DNA of 64,000 bases from Candidatus Brocadiia bacterium. GTDB lineage: Bacteria; Planctomycetota; Brocadiia; SM23-32. Position 1 is the stretch's first letter; each line of letters starts with the position of its first letter. The notes beneath the pieces were generated by a model. It did no database searches, was not told where the DNA came from, and saw nothing but the letters and a program-made list of their open reading frames with translations. Both the position numbers and the translations under genes were made by a program. Shown here piece by piece: positions 1-9,536 of the stretch. Location: NCBI GenBank assembly GCA_046538485.1, contig JBKHIT010000017.1, forward strand, positions 1-64,000. Reading direction: 5' to 3'.

Positions 1-34
1 TCCACGCTACGTTTATTTTTGGTTCGGTGCGTTT

Positions 35-541
35 CTAGCTCCGGAGCCTGAAAGTCTTTCTCAGGAGAGCACCTAAAGAGCCCTTTTTTTGAAGACCGTA
101 ATCATCAATCACTCTGTATACGCTCCGGTCACTGATCTGGAACCCATTCTGGCGCAGTTTCTGGCCTATTACTTCCGGGGAAACGTCAGGATCCAGAAAC
201 CGATATCGAATGATCTGCCTGGCCGCCTCCCCGCCCCGCCGGTAATTGGTTTTGGGACCTCTTTTTTCACTCCGGAGTCCAGCGGAACCGTCCTCATTGT
301 AGCTTGTCCGCACCGTATAATAATGGGAGGAAGAATAATCATATTTTTGGGCGATCTCATCCCGGGTTTGGTCCGTGCACTCTCCCTCCAGCAGCATCAT
401 CAGTTTCCAGGCAACCTCATCATCCTGATCGATGGTAATGCTGCCGCCTTCGCCTTCCACTACGACCTCACCGTTTTCCCGATGGATAAAATCCACAGAT
501 TCCGTCTCCTTTCGCCGGCCATATGCCGCAAATAGGCCCAT
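35..541 (-). mobile_element. IS transposase N-terminal HTH ORF (orfA-like), probably joined by -1 frameshift to a catalytic ORF running off the left edge
   Basis: HTH-like segment followed by 'GLRSEKRGPK..R' and 'ISDRSVYRVI..YGLQKK'. In-frame A-AAA-AAG heptamer at 83-89; the -1 frame stays open to position 1. Confidence 0.65.
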
Positions 542-844
542 GAACTATGGCAGTGGTGTTTTCAAACTTCCCGTTATTGCACTCTCCGGGCTAGCCTTTC
601 AGGCATAAATAACACGTTATCTAAAAACCACGCCTGACATGAGGTAAAGTAACTGCCATATATTATAGCTTTCCCGCACGCCACAAAACAACTGTAAATG
701 CTGTCAAGCTGCCTCAGAGACGCATGATTGTCACTTTCGCTATGATAAAACCCCCTCTTAAAATGGCTGCGCCGTGGGCACAACGCAATAACAGGAACGC
801 ACTTTTTTCTGACCGCTCATTGATCCCTGTATTGACAGACTACA

Positions 845-950
845 GTCGGCGGGGAATCGCCCGCGAAGCGGGCTCAAAACTCAGCCGCCGTAAAAGTTGA
901 GCCGATGAACGCAATGATCAACAGAATAAGTCCGTCCCTTCGGGACTGAG
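845..950. repeat. REP-like palindrome cluster
   Basis: Hairpins gcccgc-gaa-gcgggc (859-873), ggctcaa...ttgagcc and gtccc-ttc-gggac (934-946); similar hairpins recur at 55.0-55.6 kb. Confidence 0.45.
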
Positions 951-1026
951 AATACAGCTTTCGAAAACGAACTTCAAAACCGGAAAGATCTTAATTCGAA
1001 CCGCTTAATAATGGAAAGAGGTAATT

Positions 1027-1878
1027 ATGGCGGCATCCGGAAATGGCCGAGCGCAGGCAAAGGTCCGGGACGAACATGTGGTGGTGCATCGCGATGAGTG
1101 GGCCTATATTCCTCATCCATGCATCGCTATGGCCCCGAACGGCGACTGGCTGGACGCTTTTAAACACACGCGCCGTCGGGGGCATATTTTGCACCCGCCG
1201 GATGACCCCCTGTACCGGACGCTTGTTTGCCGCTCGGTTGACCAGGGACACACCTGGGAGCAACCGCATTTCGCGCCCCACTTCAATTTCTCGGGTACGG
1301 AGTGTCCGGAGATCGCTGCCACGTCTGGGGGGCGCGTGCTGCTGACCGAGTTCCGCCGGAAGTGGTATCCGATCGGTCTCGCACCCCAGAAACGGGAAGA
1401 AGGGGAACCGGTGGAAATCAAGCTGCCAGATCGTGGCTGGACGGGCGATTTCACGCCGGATGACCTGGACGCAGCCCTGTTCACCTGGGCCCGGGGTGGG
1501 GGTGAAACCTGTGCGCATGTGAGCGAGGACAATGGTCTATCTTTTCCCCGCACGATCCAGATAGACTGCTCGCCCTATCCCGCAGGCTACAGCCGAACCG
1601 GGGTTGTGGAGCTGGCCGACGGCCGCCTCGCCTACGCTATGCAGGCATCGTGGGCAGACGGACCGAACCGCATTTTTGTGGTTACCTCGGGAGACGGCGG
1701 CGACAGCTGGTCGGAACCGGTCCAGATAGTCGAGAGCACAGATCAGGCATTCGCGGAACCGGACCTGGGCTATCCGGTCTCCATTGAGTACGCCCCGGGA
1801 CGGATCTTCTGCTGCTACTACGGACAAGACGAGGCGGGTATCACGTACGTGCAAGGCAGTTACGTGGACCTTTTGTGA
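1027..1878 (+). CDS. BNR/Asp-box (sialidase-like) beta-propeller protein, probably internally deleted
   Basis: Asp-boxes RSVDQGHTW, VSEDNGLSF, TSGDGGDSW; C-terminal DLGYPxS motif; RBS agagg upstream. Confidence 0.7.
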   Translation: MAASGNGRAQAKVRDEHVVVHRDEWAYIPHPCIAMAPNGDWLDAFKHTRRRGHILHPPDDPLYRTLVCRSVDQGHTWEQPHFAPHFNFSGTECPEIAATSGGRVLLTEFRRKWYPIGLAPQKREEGEPVEIKLPDRGWTGDFTPDDLDAALFTWARGGGETCAHVSEDNGLSFPRTIQIDCSPYPAGYSRTGVVELADGRLAYAMQASWADGPNRIFVVTSGDGGDSWSEPVQIVESTDQAFAEPDLGYPVSIEYAPGRIFCCYYGQDEAGITYVQGSYVDLL

Positions 1879-1924
1879 TACAAGCCCGGAAGCGCTCGTG
1901 CGACCGGCCCCCCGTCCCTGGTTG

Positions 1925-2105
1925 TTTTCCCCGATCGCCCGAGCCAGGCTATCCTCCGTTTCCGTCACCGCTATCAGATGGACGTGATTCGGCATCAGGC
2001 AGTACACACACAGTTCCACCCCTTTATTTTCGCACCACTCGGACATCAGATCCAGGTAAGCCCGGTAATCATCGTCGCCGAAAAACACCTCCAGCCGGAG
2101 GTTGC
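1925..2105 (-). pseudogene. REP-associated tyrosine (Y1/IS200-like, RAYT) transposase fragment
   Basis: Translates to EVFFGDDDYRAYLDLMSEWC..YCLMPNHVHLI..SLARAIGE with the HUH motif; no proper start and no catalytic-Tyr half. Confidence 0.8.
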
Positions 2106-2221
2106 GTTTTGCAGGCCTCCGCACCCTCGCTTTGCTCGCCCCCCAGATATCCACGGAAAAGATGTTTTTGAAATTGAACGGTCCGACCAGCAACATCTTA
2201 CTCTGCGAATACTTATGGCGA

Positions 2222-3646
2222 TCATGCGTTGACGTTATCGCACAGTTTGACACCGGCCTGACGGCGGCGGGCAGTCCAATCCTCGGGGGTCTCTCCGGGC
2301 GAGGGGAAATACGGGGTGGGAATGCGTTCGGAGCTGAATATCCGGTCAGCCCTATCGCCAAGTTCCGGCTCTTCCTCCGCCAGATTGGTGGTTTGCCTGG
2401 GGTCATTATCGGCGTCATAAATCTGGATTGCCTCGTCGGGATGGGAACGGTAAGCCCAATAATCGCCGATCCGCGCGGCCTGCTCATCGTGGAACTCCCA
2501 GTAGCGGTAATCGGGGAGTTCAACGGCATCCGGTTCGCCAAGCAGCGCAGACAGAATGGAGACGCCGTCGGTTTTGTCGGGCACTTTTCCGCCGGCTGCC
2601 TCGACCGCCGTCGGCAGAAAGTCCCAGAACGTCCATGGCATATCGCAGCTTGAACCCGGCTCGATTCGGCCCGGCCAGCGGGCCAGGGCCGGCACACGAA
2701 CGCCGCCCTGGTGGAGGTTGCCCTTTGCCCCTTTCCAGGGACCTCGGTGATCGAAAACATCATCAAGACTTGGATCGTCGACGGCATTGTCGAAACTGTA
2801 ACCGTTATCGCTCACGAAAAAGATGAGCGTGTTGTCGGCCAGCGCAAGTTCTTCCAGGAGATCGAGCATCCGCCCCACCGCCGAATCCATGCGACTGACC
2901 ATCGCAGCGTAGACCTTGTGAGGGAGCGGCCAATCTTTTGATTCGTATTCGCCCAGTTCGGGCACTTCGAACGCGGCATGCGGGATGGTGTAGGCGAGGT
3001 ACAGGAAAAACGGTTCGTCCGCGTGTCCGCGGATAAATTCTTCCGATTTCTCGGCATAATGGTCGAAAGAATAACACGCCTCTGTTGGATCCTGAACCCC
3101 GTTCGGGATAATCCGGCCCTCTCCGTCGTATTGGTTGGGCTGCGTGTGATCGTGGCCGATATTACCGGGCAGCTCTACTTTCCGGCGATTCCGCCACAGG
3201 TACGGTGGATAGTAATTATGGGCTTTTCGCTGATTGAGATAGCCCGAGAACTCATCGAAACCTTTATTGTTAGGGATTCCGGGCTGATCGTAGACAGCCA
3301 GCCCCCATTTTCCGAAAAGCCCTGTGGCATAGCCGGATTCTTTGAGCAGTTCGGCCACAGTTACGTCATCCGGCTGAAGCGAATGTCGGTACGTACCGCC
3401 AGGATACCAAACCATATTCCCCCGCACAGTGGCGTGTCCCTGATTGAGGCCCTGCATGAGGCTGGAGCGAGAAGGCGCGCAGACCGGGCTACCGCTGTGG
3501 CATCCGGTCAGCCGCATACCGTCCTCGCGGACTCGATCGATATTTGGCGTCATGATCCGTTCCTGTCCAAAACAACCGAGGTCCCCCCAGCTGAGGTCGT
3601 CGGCCATAACCCAGACGATATTCGGTTTCTGGTGCTGAGATACCAT
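2222..3646 (-). CDS. Arylsulfatase (formylglycine-dependent S1 sulfatase)
   Basis: PNIVWVMADDL, CAPSR signature, GKWGL, SDNG; start MVSQHQ after RBS gaggga. Confidence 0.92.
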   Translation of the reverse strand: MVSQHQKPNIVWVMADDLSWGDLGCFGQERIMTPNIDRVREDGMRLTGCHSGSPVCAPSRSSLMQGLNQGHATVRGNMVWYPGGTYRHSLQPDDVTVAELLKESGYATGLFGKWGLAVYDQPGIPNNKGFDEFSGYLNQRKAHNYYPPYLWRNRRKVELPGNIGHDHTQPNQYDGEGRIIPNGVQDPTEACYSFDHYAEKSEEFIRGHADEPFFLYLAYTIPHAAFEVPELGEYESKDWPLPHKVYAAMVSRMDSAVGRMLDLLEELALADNTLIFFVSDNGYSFDNAVDDPSLDDVFDHRGPWKGAKGNLHQGGVRVPALARWPGRIEPGSSCDMPWTFWDFLPTAVEAAGGKVPDKTDGVSILSALLGEPDAVELPDYRYWEFHDEQAARIGDYWAYRSHPDEAIQIYDADNDPRQTTNLAEEEPELGDRADRIFSSERIPTPYFPSPGETPEDWTARRRQAGVKLCDNVNA

Positions 3647-3802
3647 TCTTGTTCTCCCTCGAAGAAGCACTGTATGCGGCGAAACGTTTTTGCAGGCAAA
3701 AACAATCGACATCCTGCCAAAAGAAGTCTGTAGACTACCTGCCCTGCCCCCAATGTAAACCCACTACCGGCTTCTTAAAACATTAAGCGGGTCGAATTCT
3801 AA

Positions 3803-5980
3803 CTATTCGTCCTGAGAAATCGAATCCTGGGCTATATGAGTCTCCTCTTCGTCCGTCGATTCTACTGCGAGGCCCGCCATATGGTGTGTCTTACGGGCGA
3901 TGTAGATACAGGTGATTAGCCCTCCGAAAAGCAAGGCGATCGCAACGGCTCCCATAAGGGCACTCGCAAACAATTCGGAGCCCGGCTTTTCCGGAAAATT
4001 CTCGCCGAAGTAAAGGAATAGAACCAGCGTGATTAATGCACCGATCCCGACCCAAGTGACGATCTTCCAGCTTTTACCGAAAATCAAAGCCAAAAGCAAG
4101 ATTGAAAAGAATACTCCCCAACCTCCAACATGTATCGCGTGCGGAACAATCTGGTCGTACCCGCCGTAAGAACCGCTGATATCCTGAAAAAACTGCCGTC
4201 CCAGCAGGATAACAAGTATCGCGGGCGTGATGAATTTTACAAAAGCATTGAACCAATTATGCACTTCAATTTCACTGTGCTTGTTGATGTAATCCTTGAG
4301 TTCTTCTATATTGAAGAAATATCCCACAGCTATACATTCAAGCAATCCCACCAGCGCCAGACCGTAATTGGACATCCACCGATCAAGAATATCGAGCCAC
4401 ATCAAGCCGCTACGCGTGCAGATGAAGATGCTCCCAAGGCAACCGATAACGCAGAAGATGCCCGTCAGGGTAGGTTTCCCGATTTTTTTCATCTTATCGC
4501 GGAATCCCGTAACGATACCTTCAACCAGACTGAATGCGCTGTCGATCCCCAGCGAGACAAGACATATGAAGAACAGAAACGAAATAATGCCAATGGCCCA
4601 TTGCCCCATCGGCATCTTCGCGAGAGCAATAGGATATGTAACAAATACAAGGCCCGGACCGCCGGCCACGACATCTTCAACTGGCACACCGCCTCGCACG
4701 TAGGCCAGGTAGCCCAGGACACTGAACACTGCCAGCCCGGCAACAAAACTGGTGGCACAGTTGCCAAAACTCGTAATGAGAGCACTGTTGGTTACATCGC
4801 TTTCCTCGGGCATATAGCTCGCGTATGCGATAAGAATCCCGAATCCGAGGCTGAGGCTGAAGAATACCTGTCCATAAGCTTCCAGCCAGATCTTCGGATC
4901 CTGCAGCAACGTCCAGTTCGGTTTGAGATAATAGAGCAGACCTTCGGCAGCCCCGGGTAATGTGACTCCGCGCAGGAGAATAATGAGCAGCAAAATAACC
5001 GGCAGGGGGACCGTCAGCATAACGACCCGCCCTACATTCTTAACTCCCTTGAAAATAATGAGGAAAATGATGACCCAGGTGAAGACAGCGCCCAGGACAA
5101 GTTTCTTATTGAGGCTGAATTTCCGACCTGCGTCCGGGCCATAACCAGCTTCCAGGCGATCGGCCTTTGCGAGTTTCTCTCGCGCCTGTTTCTTCAGGCT
5201 TTCGGCTTCCTCCGCCCTTTCTTCGGATTCCAAATCTTCCGCTTTTTTTTCAAGTCCTGCAGCCTCGGCGCGCAGCTTGCGTGCAGTGCCCGCCAGGGAC
5301 CATAACCCCGGATGGAAACCCCCGAGGCAATTCTCAAAGAAATAATTCGCAACGTTTTCGTCCAGAGTTACGTAATAAGTTCTGTCCTCCTTATCTTTCT
5401 CTTCTTGCGCTTCTTCCAGTTCCCTGAGTTCCTCTGCCGTGTAGACCGGCAGCCGTTTGTCTTCGTCCTGTTCAAGCTGGATTTCTTTGAGTCGCTCAAA
5501 TGCTTTTTCTGTAGGTGCTTGGAGGCAAACCTCAATTTGATCAGACCGAACGTGGTAGGTTTCAACATTCCCCTCTTCTTTCTTCTTCCATTCCAGATAA
5601 GAGGCCGGTTTCGTCCAGTTCACGCCAAAAGAAGCCACGCTAAAGTGCCACGCATAGGCCATCACCACGACGTAGTACATCACGATAACGCTGCCGACAA
5701 GAAGGGCCATCCACCCGACCCATCGGAATTTTTTCGTCACAGCAGCCAGAGCCTGCGGAGCACCTCCCTGATATTTTTGCCCGATGGCATATTCGACAAT
5801 CACCAGCGGGATACCGGCGCTGAGCAGAGCGATAAAATACGGGATAAAAAATGCCCCACCTCCGTTGGCAAACGCCCGGGCTGGAAATCTCCAGAGATTC
5901 CCAAGCCCAACAGCGCTTCCGATGGCCGCCATAATGAAAGCTGTTCGACTACCCCAGCGTTCTCGCCCTTCCACTGACAT
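3803..5980 (-). CDS. Sodium-dependent NSS/SNF family transporter with enlarged EL2 and fused MetS-like C-terminal helix
   Basis: RERWGSR..IGSAVGLGNLWRFP, QVFFSLSLGFG, GPGLVFVTYP motifs; RBS aggag before MSVEG. Confidence 0.9.
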   Translation of the reverse strand: MSVEGRERWGSRTAFIMAAIGSAVGLGNLWRFPARAFANGGGAFFIPYFIALLSAGIPLVIVEYAIGQKYQGGAPQALAAVTKKFRWVGWMALLVGSVIVMYYVVVMAYAWHFSVASFGVNWTKPASYLEWKKKEEGNVETYHVRSDQIEVCLQAPTEKAFERLKEIQLEQDEDKRLPVYTAEELRELEEAQEEKDKEDRTYYVTLDENVANYFFENCLGGFHPGLWSLAGTARKLRAEAAGLEKKAEDLESEERAEEAESLKKQAREKLAKADRLEAGYGPDAGRKFSLNKKLVLGAVFTWVIIFLIIFKGVKNVGRVVMLTVPLPVILLLIILLRGVTLPGAAEGLLYYLKPNWTLLQDPKIWLEAYGQVFFSLSLGFGILIAYASYMPEESDVTNSALITSFGNCATSFVAGLAVFSVLGYLAYVRGGVPVEDVVAGGPGLVFVTYPIALAKMPMGQWAIGIISFLFFICLVSLGIDSAFSLVEGIVTGFRDKMKKIGKPTLTGIFCVIGCLGSIFICTRSGLMWLDILDRWMSNYGLALVGLLECIAVGYFFNIEELKDYINKHSEIEVHNWFNAFVKFITPAILVILLGRQFFQDISGSYGGYDQIVPHAIHVGGWGVFFSILLLALIFGKSWKIVTWVGIGALITLVLFLYFGENFPEKPGSELFASALMGAVAIALLFGGLITCIYIARKTHHMAGLAVESTDEEETHIAQDSISQDE

Positions 5981-6126
5981 ATTAATTTCTCCTGTCGACA
6001 CTGAGCGGTTTCACACAACCTCCCGCGGCACCAAACGTTACCCAACCCAATGAAAAGAACTTTAGAATGGAGCCGGTTCCATGGCAGATTTTAGCGATTC
6101 ACAAATGGAGCTTCAAGGCAGTGAAT

Positions 6127-6939
6127 TCAAAAATCAGTGTTATCAGCTACGATTTCCAGACGCCCCGGCACGGCGCCTGCATTCAGCACTTTTACCAGGT
6201 TGCGCAAGGGGGGATTGAAAAAATAGCCCTGTATCTGAACGAGATTTCCTTCGATCGCCGCCCCGATCTCCTTTGGCGGCAGATAAAGTCTTTCGTCAAT
6301 GATGAGAACCATTTTGCGTCCCAGGTTTCGGGCGGTCGCCCTCGTAAACCGCTCCGCATCTTTCGCTTTAAAACGAAAGGTTAGCATGCTGCGCTTATGA
6401 AGCCCCTTGGTCGCAAACAAAACTTCTTCAAACTCATCAATCCGTATAAGCGGTTCGTTGCAAACGAGATAGTGGTGATCCCTTTTCTTCTTATCGCCCG
6501 GTTTACTGAGACTGTAATAGTATTGGCGGTATGTCCTGCCCTCGTACCCTTCGGGCGGGTCCTTCATTTCTACCGCGTCAACCTCTTTACTCCCCGGATA
6601 AAGCAGACAAAATTCCGCGTGCCCTGAGAGCGTCAACCAGTAGAGTATTTCTTCTCGATTTTTTCGGCTGCGGAACTGCAGTTGTAATTTCCCAGGACTC
6701 AGAGCAGAGGCATCAAAATCCCGCAAATCCAACCGTTTTTTCAAAGCATCCATCCGTTTTTTTAGTACTAATGCAGCTTTTTGCGTCTGGTCAGCGGTCG
6801 GTGTCTTTCCACCAACCCCCACAAGGCGCAAGGGCACTTCGTGCGCGCGCAGTCGCTTTCCGCCCAGCAAAACGGTAAACAGACTGATCAACACGCACGC
6901 TCCACCGGCCCAGAGAACAGCGCGCTTCAGATAACGCAT
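6127..6939 (-). CDS. Membrane-anchored SecD/SecDF P1-head-like protein lacking the multi-TM domain
   Basis: One N-terminal TM; 'LKKRMDAL', 'FTRATARNLGRKMVLIID', 'VQIQG..LVKVLNAGAVP' resemble the SecD periplasmic P1 domain. Confidence 0.65.
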   Translation of the reverse strand: MRYLKRAVLWAGGACVLISLFTVLLGGKRLRAHEVPLRLVGVGGKTPTADQTQKAALVLKKRMDALKKRLDLRDFDASALSPGKLQLQFRSRKNREEILYWLTLSGHAEFCLLYPGSKEVDAVEMKDPPEGYEGRTYRQYYYSLSKPGDKKKRDHHYLVCNEPLIRIDEFEEVLFATKGLHKRSMLTFRFKAKDAERFTRATARNLGRKMVLIIDERLYLPPKEIGAAIEGNLVQIQGYFFNPPLRNLVKVLNAGAVPGRLEIVADNTDF

Positions 6940-6993
6940 TAAATGTGTTTGTGTTCTGCCCATCGGTTTAAAGTTTGTTTCGTTTGCCGCTTT

Positions 6994-7842
6994 TCAACTG
7001 TCTTGAGATTCAGCTTTTTGGGCGTTTTCTTCTGTCTGTTCGCTTTCTTGTTGTTCCTCAGACAATTCTTCCGATTCGTCTTCAGCGGAAGATTCCTCAG
7101 ATTTCTCTCGCCCAATATGCACATGTTGAATCCGGTAACCGAGGTAACTGCTACGCGCGACGGGATCCTCCAGAAGTTCCTCGGAAGTTCCCTGTGTTAC
7201 GATCTTCCCCTCGCTCAGGATATAGGCTCTATCCACAATCCTCAGCGCTTCGTGGACGTTATGATCGGTTATGAGTACGGCCAACCCCCGGAATTTCAGC
7301 CCGGCCACCAGATCCTGCAGCTCACCCACCGCTATGGGGTCGATGCCGGTGAACGGTTCATCCAGTAGCATCAACTTCGGTTCTGTGCAGAGGGCTCGGG
7401 CAATCTCGAGCCGGCGACGTTCTCCCCCGCTGAGAGTGTAGGCCAGATGACCTTTGAGGTGCGAGAGTCCGAATTCTTCCAGCATTTTGTCGCTGCGCCG
7501 CCGCCTTTCTGAACGTTCCATCCCCCGCATCTGCAATATCGCCAGCAGATTGTCCTCAACCGTGAGATGCCGGAAAATCGTGGGTTCCTGAGCCAGGTAG
7601 CTCATTCCCAGTTGACTTCGTTTGTACATCGGCATTTTTGTAATATCTTGCCCATCGAAGAACGTCTTCCCGTATGCCGGCTTAATCATACCGATACACA
7701 TACGAAATGCCGTGGTCTTTCCCGCTCCATTGGGGCCGAGGATTCCCACAACTTTGCCTTTTTCCACGGAAATATCCACGTGGTCGACAACAGGACGCCG
7801 GCTGTAGTATTTCGTCAGATCCCTGGTTTCAAAAAGGGGCAT
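6994..7842 (-). CDS. lptB: LPS export ABC transporter ATP-binding protein
   Basis: GPNGAGKTT, YLAQEPTIFR, LSGGERRRLEIARAL, LLDEPFTGIDP, ITDHNV; acidic C-terminal tail. Confidence 0.93.
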   Translation of the reverse strand: MPLFETRDLTKYYSRRPVVDHVDISVEKGKVVGILGPNGAGKTTAFRMCIGMIKPAYGKTFFDGQDITKMPMYKRSQLGMSYLAQEPTIFRHLTVEDNLLAILQMRGMERSERRRRSDKMLEEFGLSHLKGHLAYTLSGGERRRLEIARALCTEPKLMLLDEPFTGIDPIAVGELQDLVAGLKFRGLAVLITDHNVHEALRIVDRAYILSEGKIVTQGTSEELLEDPVARSSYLGYRIQHVHIGREKSEESSAEDESEELSEEQQESEQTEENAQKAESQDS

Positions 7843-8026
7843 CAGTATATTCCACTTTGCTGGTCAGAGGGAGCGCCTATGAATTAACTATTTTAGCTGA
7901 GGTCCGGGTGTTCCTTCAACTTTTGGGCAATGTACGATGCGGACGCAGAAAAGGTATGATCGTCCTTAAACGGTTAAATTCCGGCCGAACGGCGTCAACG
8001 GAACACTCTAAATATCGTGGCAGGAT

Positions 8027-9412
8027 TCAATTCAGTGCATCCTCAACAAGCTCAATTCGATCAGCATCCGCGCCCTCCCGTTTCAACAAATCAGTAACCG
8101 CGGAATGTAGTTCCCTAATTTTCCCCGGGTTATCAGCGGCGATATTATTCTGCTGCGCCGGATCTTCATCCAAATCATACAGTTCCGGAGCACGCCCGGC
8201 CCCGAACTGCAAGGACCAATGGCCGTCTGTAACCGTCTGGGGAGGCAGAATATCCATATTCTCGTGGAACCCCTGTCCACACACGGCGCTGGAACGTTGC
8301 CAGCCGGAATTCCCTTCCCCTTCGAGAAGGGGCATCAGACTCTGGCCAATTATCTCGTCGGGTTGCGCAATTCCAGCCGCGTCCAAAAGAGTCGCGCCGA
8401 TATCGGGGGGTTGGACAACTTCGCTACGGCGAATGCCTTCACAGCTTTTTGGCGGTTTTATCATGAGCGGAATATGGACAATCTCTTCGTACATCGGCCA
8501 TGGCCCCCGTTCGTCCTCGTCGTTGATATTGGTTTTCCCGGTCCGGTCGTGCTCTCCGAGATACATACCGTGATCCGAAGTAAACACGATAAAGGTATCG
8601 TCATAAATGCCGCAATCTTTGATTTTTCGCAGTAATTGGCCGATCCATTTGCTGACAAGAGTGATTTCTCCTGCGTAATTTGCCTGCAGATTTCGGAGTT
8701 CTTCATCCGTGTACGCAGAGGCATGACCATAATTCGGGTGCATCATTCGCTGGCACGTGAAGCCGGGATCGTAGAGTTCGGCGAAATGCTGGGGCGCATC
8801 CCAGGGCTCATGGGCATCGAAGAAATCGACCCAGAGAAAGAAATCCTCGCAGCGGTAATTTTGTTCCATCCACTTGCACGCAACCTGTGAGGTACTGGCA
8901 GCAAACGTATCCCCCTCCCAGGCCCATTCCCTGTTTGTCCAATGAGCGATATCTTCGAGACCGACGTCAAATCCGCAGATTGACGATTGCCGGGTTTTGC
9001 TGACCGGCACGCGGCATTCAGGGGGATCGTTGAGACGGAGCAGATAGGTATCGCCTTCCTGTCCCCGGTTCCAGTAATATCCTTCGAAACCACGCCAGAA
9101 ATTATGTGCACCGCTCATCAAATGCGGGCAGTCGGCAATCAGTTGAGTGTGGTAGCCCGCCTCCCGCATGTGCTCGGCCAGAGGGGTTTCATCACGCTCC
9201 AATGGCTGCCAGCCGTGAAACGGAAAGCCCCACCGTCCGGTATTCAAATCGCAACGGTGCGGAATTGTTGGAAAAGAGCTGACATAACAATTATCGAAAA
9301 CGACAGCATCCTCTCCAAATTCGTCCAGTTCGGGGGTTATAATTTCCTCGTTACCGTTGATTCCCAGATGGTCGTAGCGGAACGTATCAGAGACAATCAA
9401 AATCACTCGCAT
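8027..9412 (-). CDS. Sulfatase-like (alkaline phosphatase superfamily) hydrolase with Thr at the nucleophile position
   Basis: ILIVSDTFRYD, T-I-P-H-R in place of C/S-x-P-x-R, FFDAHEPWD, TSDHG. Confidence 0.85.
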   Translation of the reverse strand: MRVILIVSDTFRYDHLGINGNEEIITPELDEFGEDAVVFDNCYVSSFPTIPHRCDLNTGRWGFPFHGWQPLERDETPLAEHMREAGYHTQLIADCPHLMSGAHNFWRGFEGYYWNRGQEGDTYLLRLNDPPECRVPVSKTRQSSICGFDVGLEDIAHWTNREWAWEGDTFAASTSQVACKWMEQNYRCEDFFLWVDFFDAHEPWDAPQHFAELYDPGFTCQRMMHPNYGHASAYTDEELRNLQANYAGEITLVSKWIGQLLRKIKDCGIYDDTFIVFTSDHGMYLGEHDRTGKTNINDEDERGPWPMYEEIVHIPLMIKPPKSCEGIRRSEVVQPPDIGATLLDAAGIAQPDEIIGQSLMPLLEGEGNSGWQRSSAVCGQGFHENMDILPPQTVTDGHWSLQFGAGRAPELYDLDEDPAQQNNIAADNPGKIRELHSAVTDLLKREGADADRIELVEDALN

Positions 9413-9536
9413 GATTATTTATACCTTGAAAACGCAGGAAAACGTTATTTGGCTCAGCTTTTCTGATTATTCTCGAGTTGCATTCTTGCCAGATTGACTT
9501 TTCCGTCCGGTGTCCGAAACAATCAAAATGCGCATC

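Noticed and set aside
1537..2787. 416-aa minus-strand ORF as a real gene
   Set aside because: Only about 60 codons (the RAYT fragment) are meaningful; the rest overlaps the sulfatase out of frame and the BNR gene antisense.
6994..7110. Glu-rich tails in LptB and other proteins as proof of salt-in halophily
   Set aside because: Suggestive only; this needs a proteome-wide pI calculation that I cannot run.
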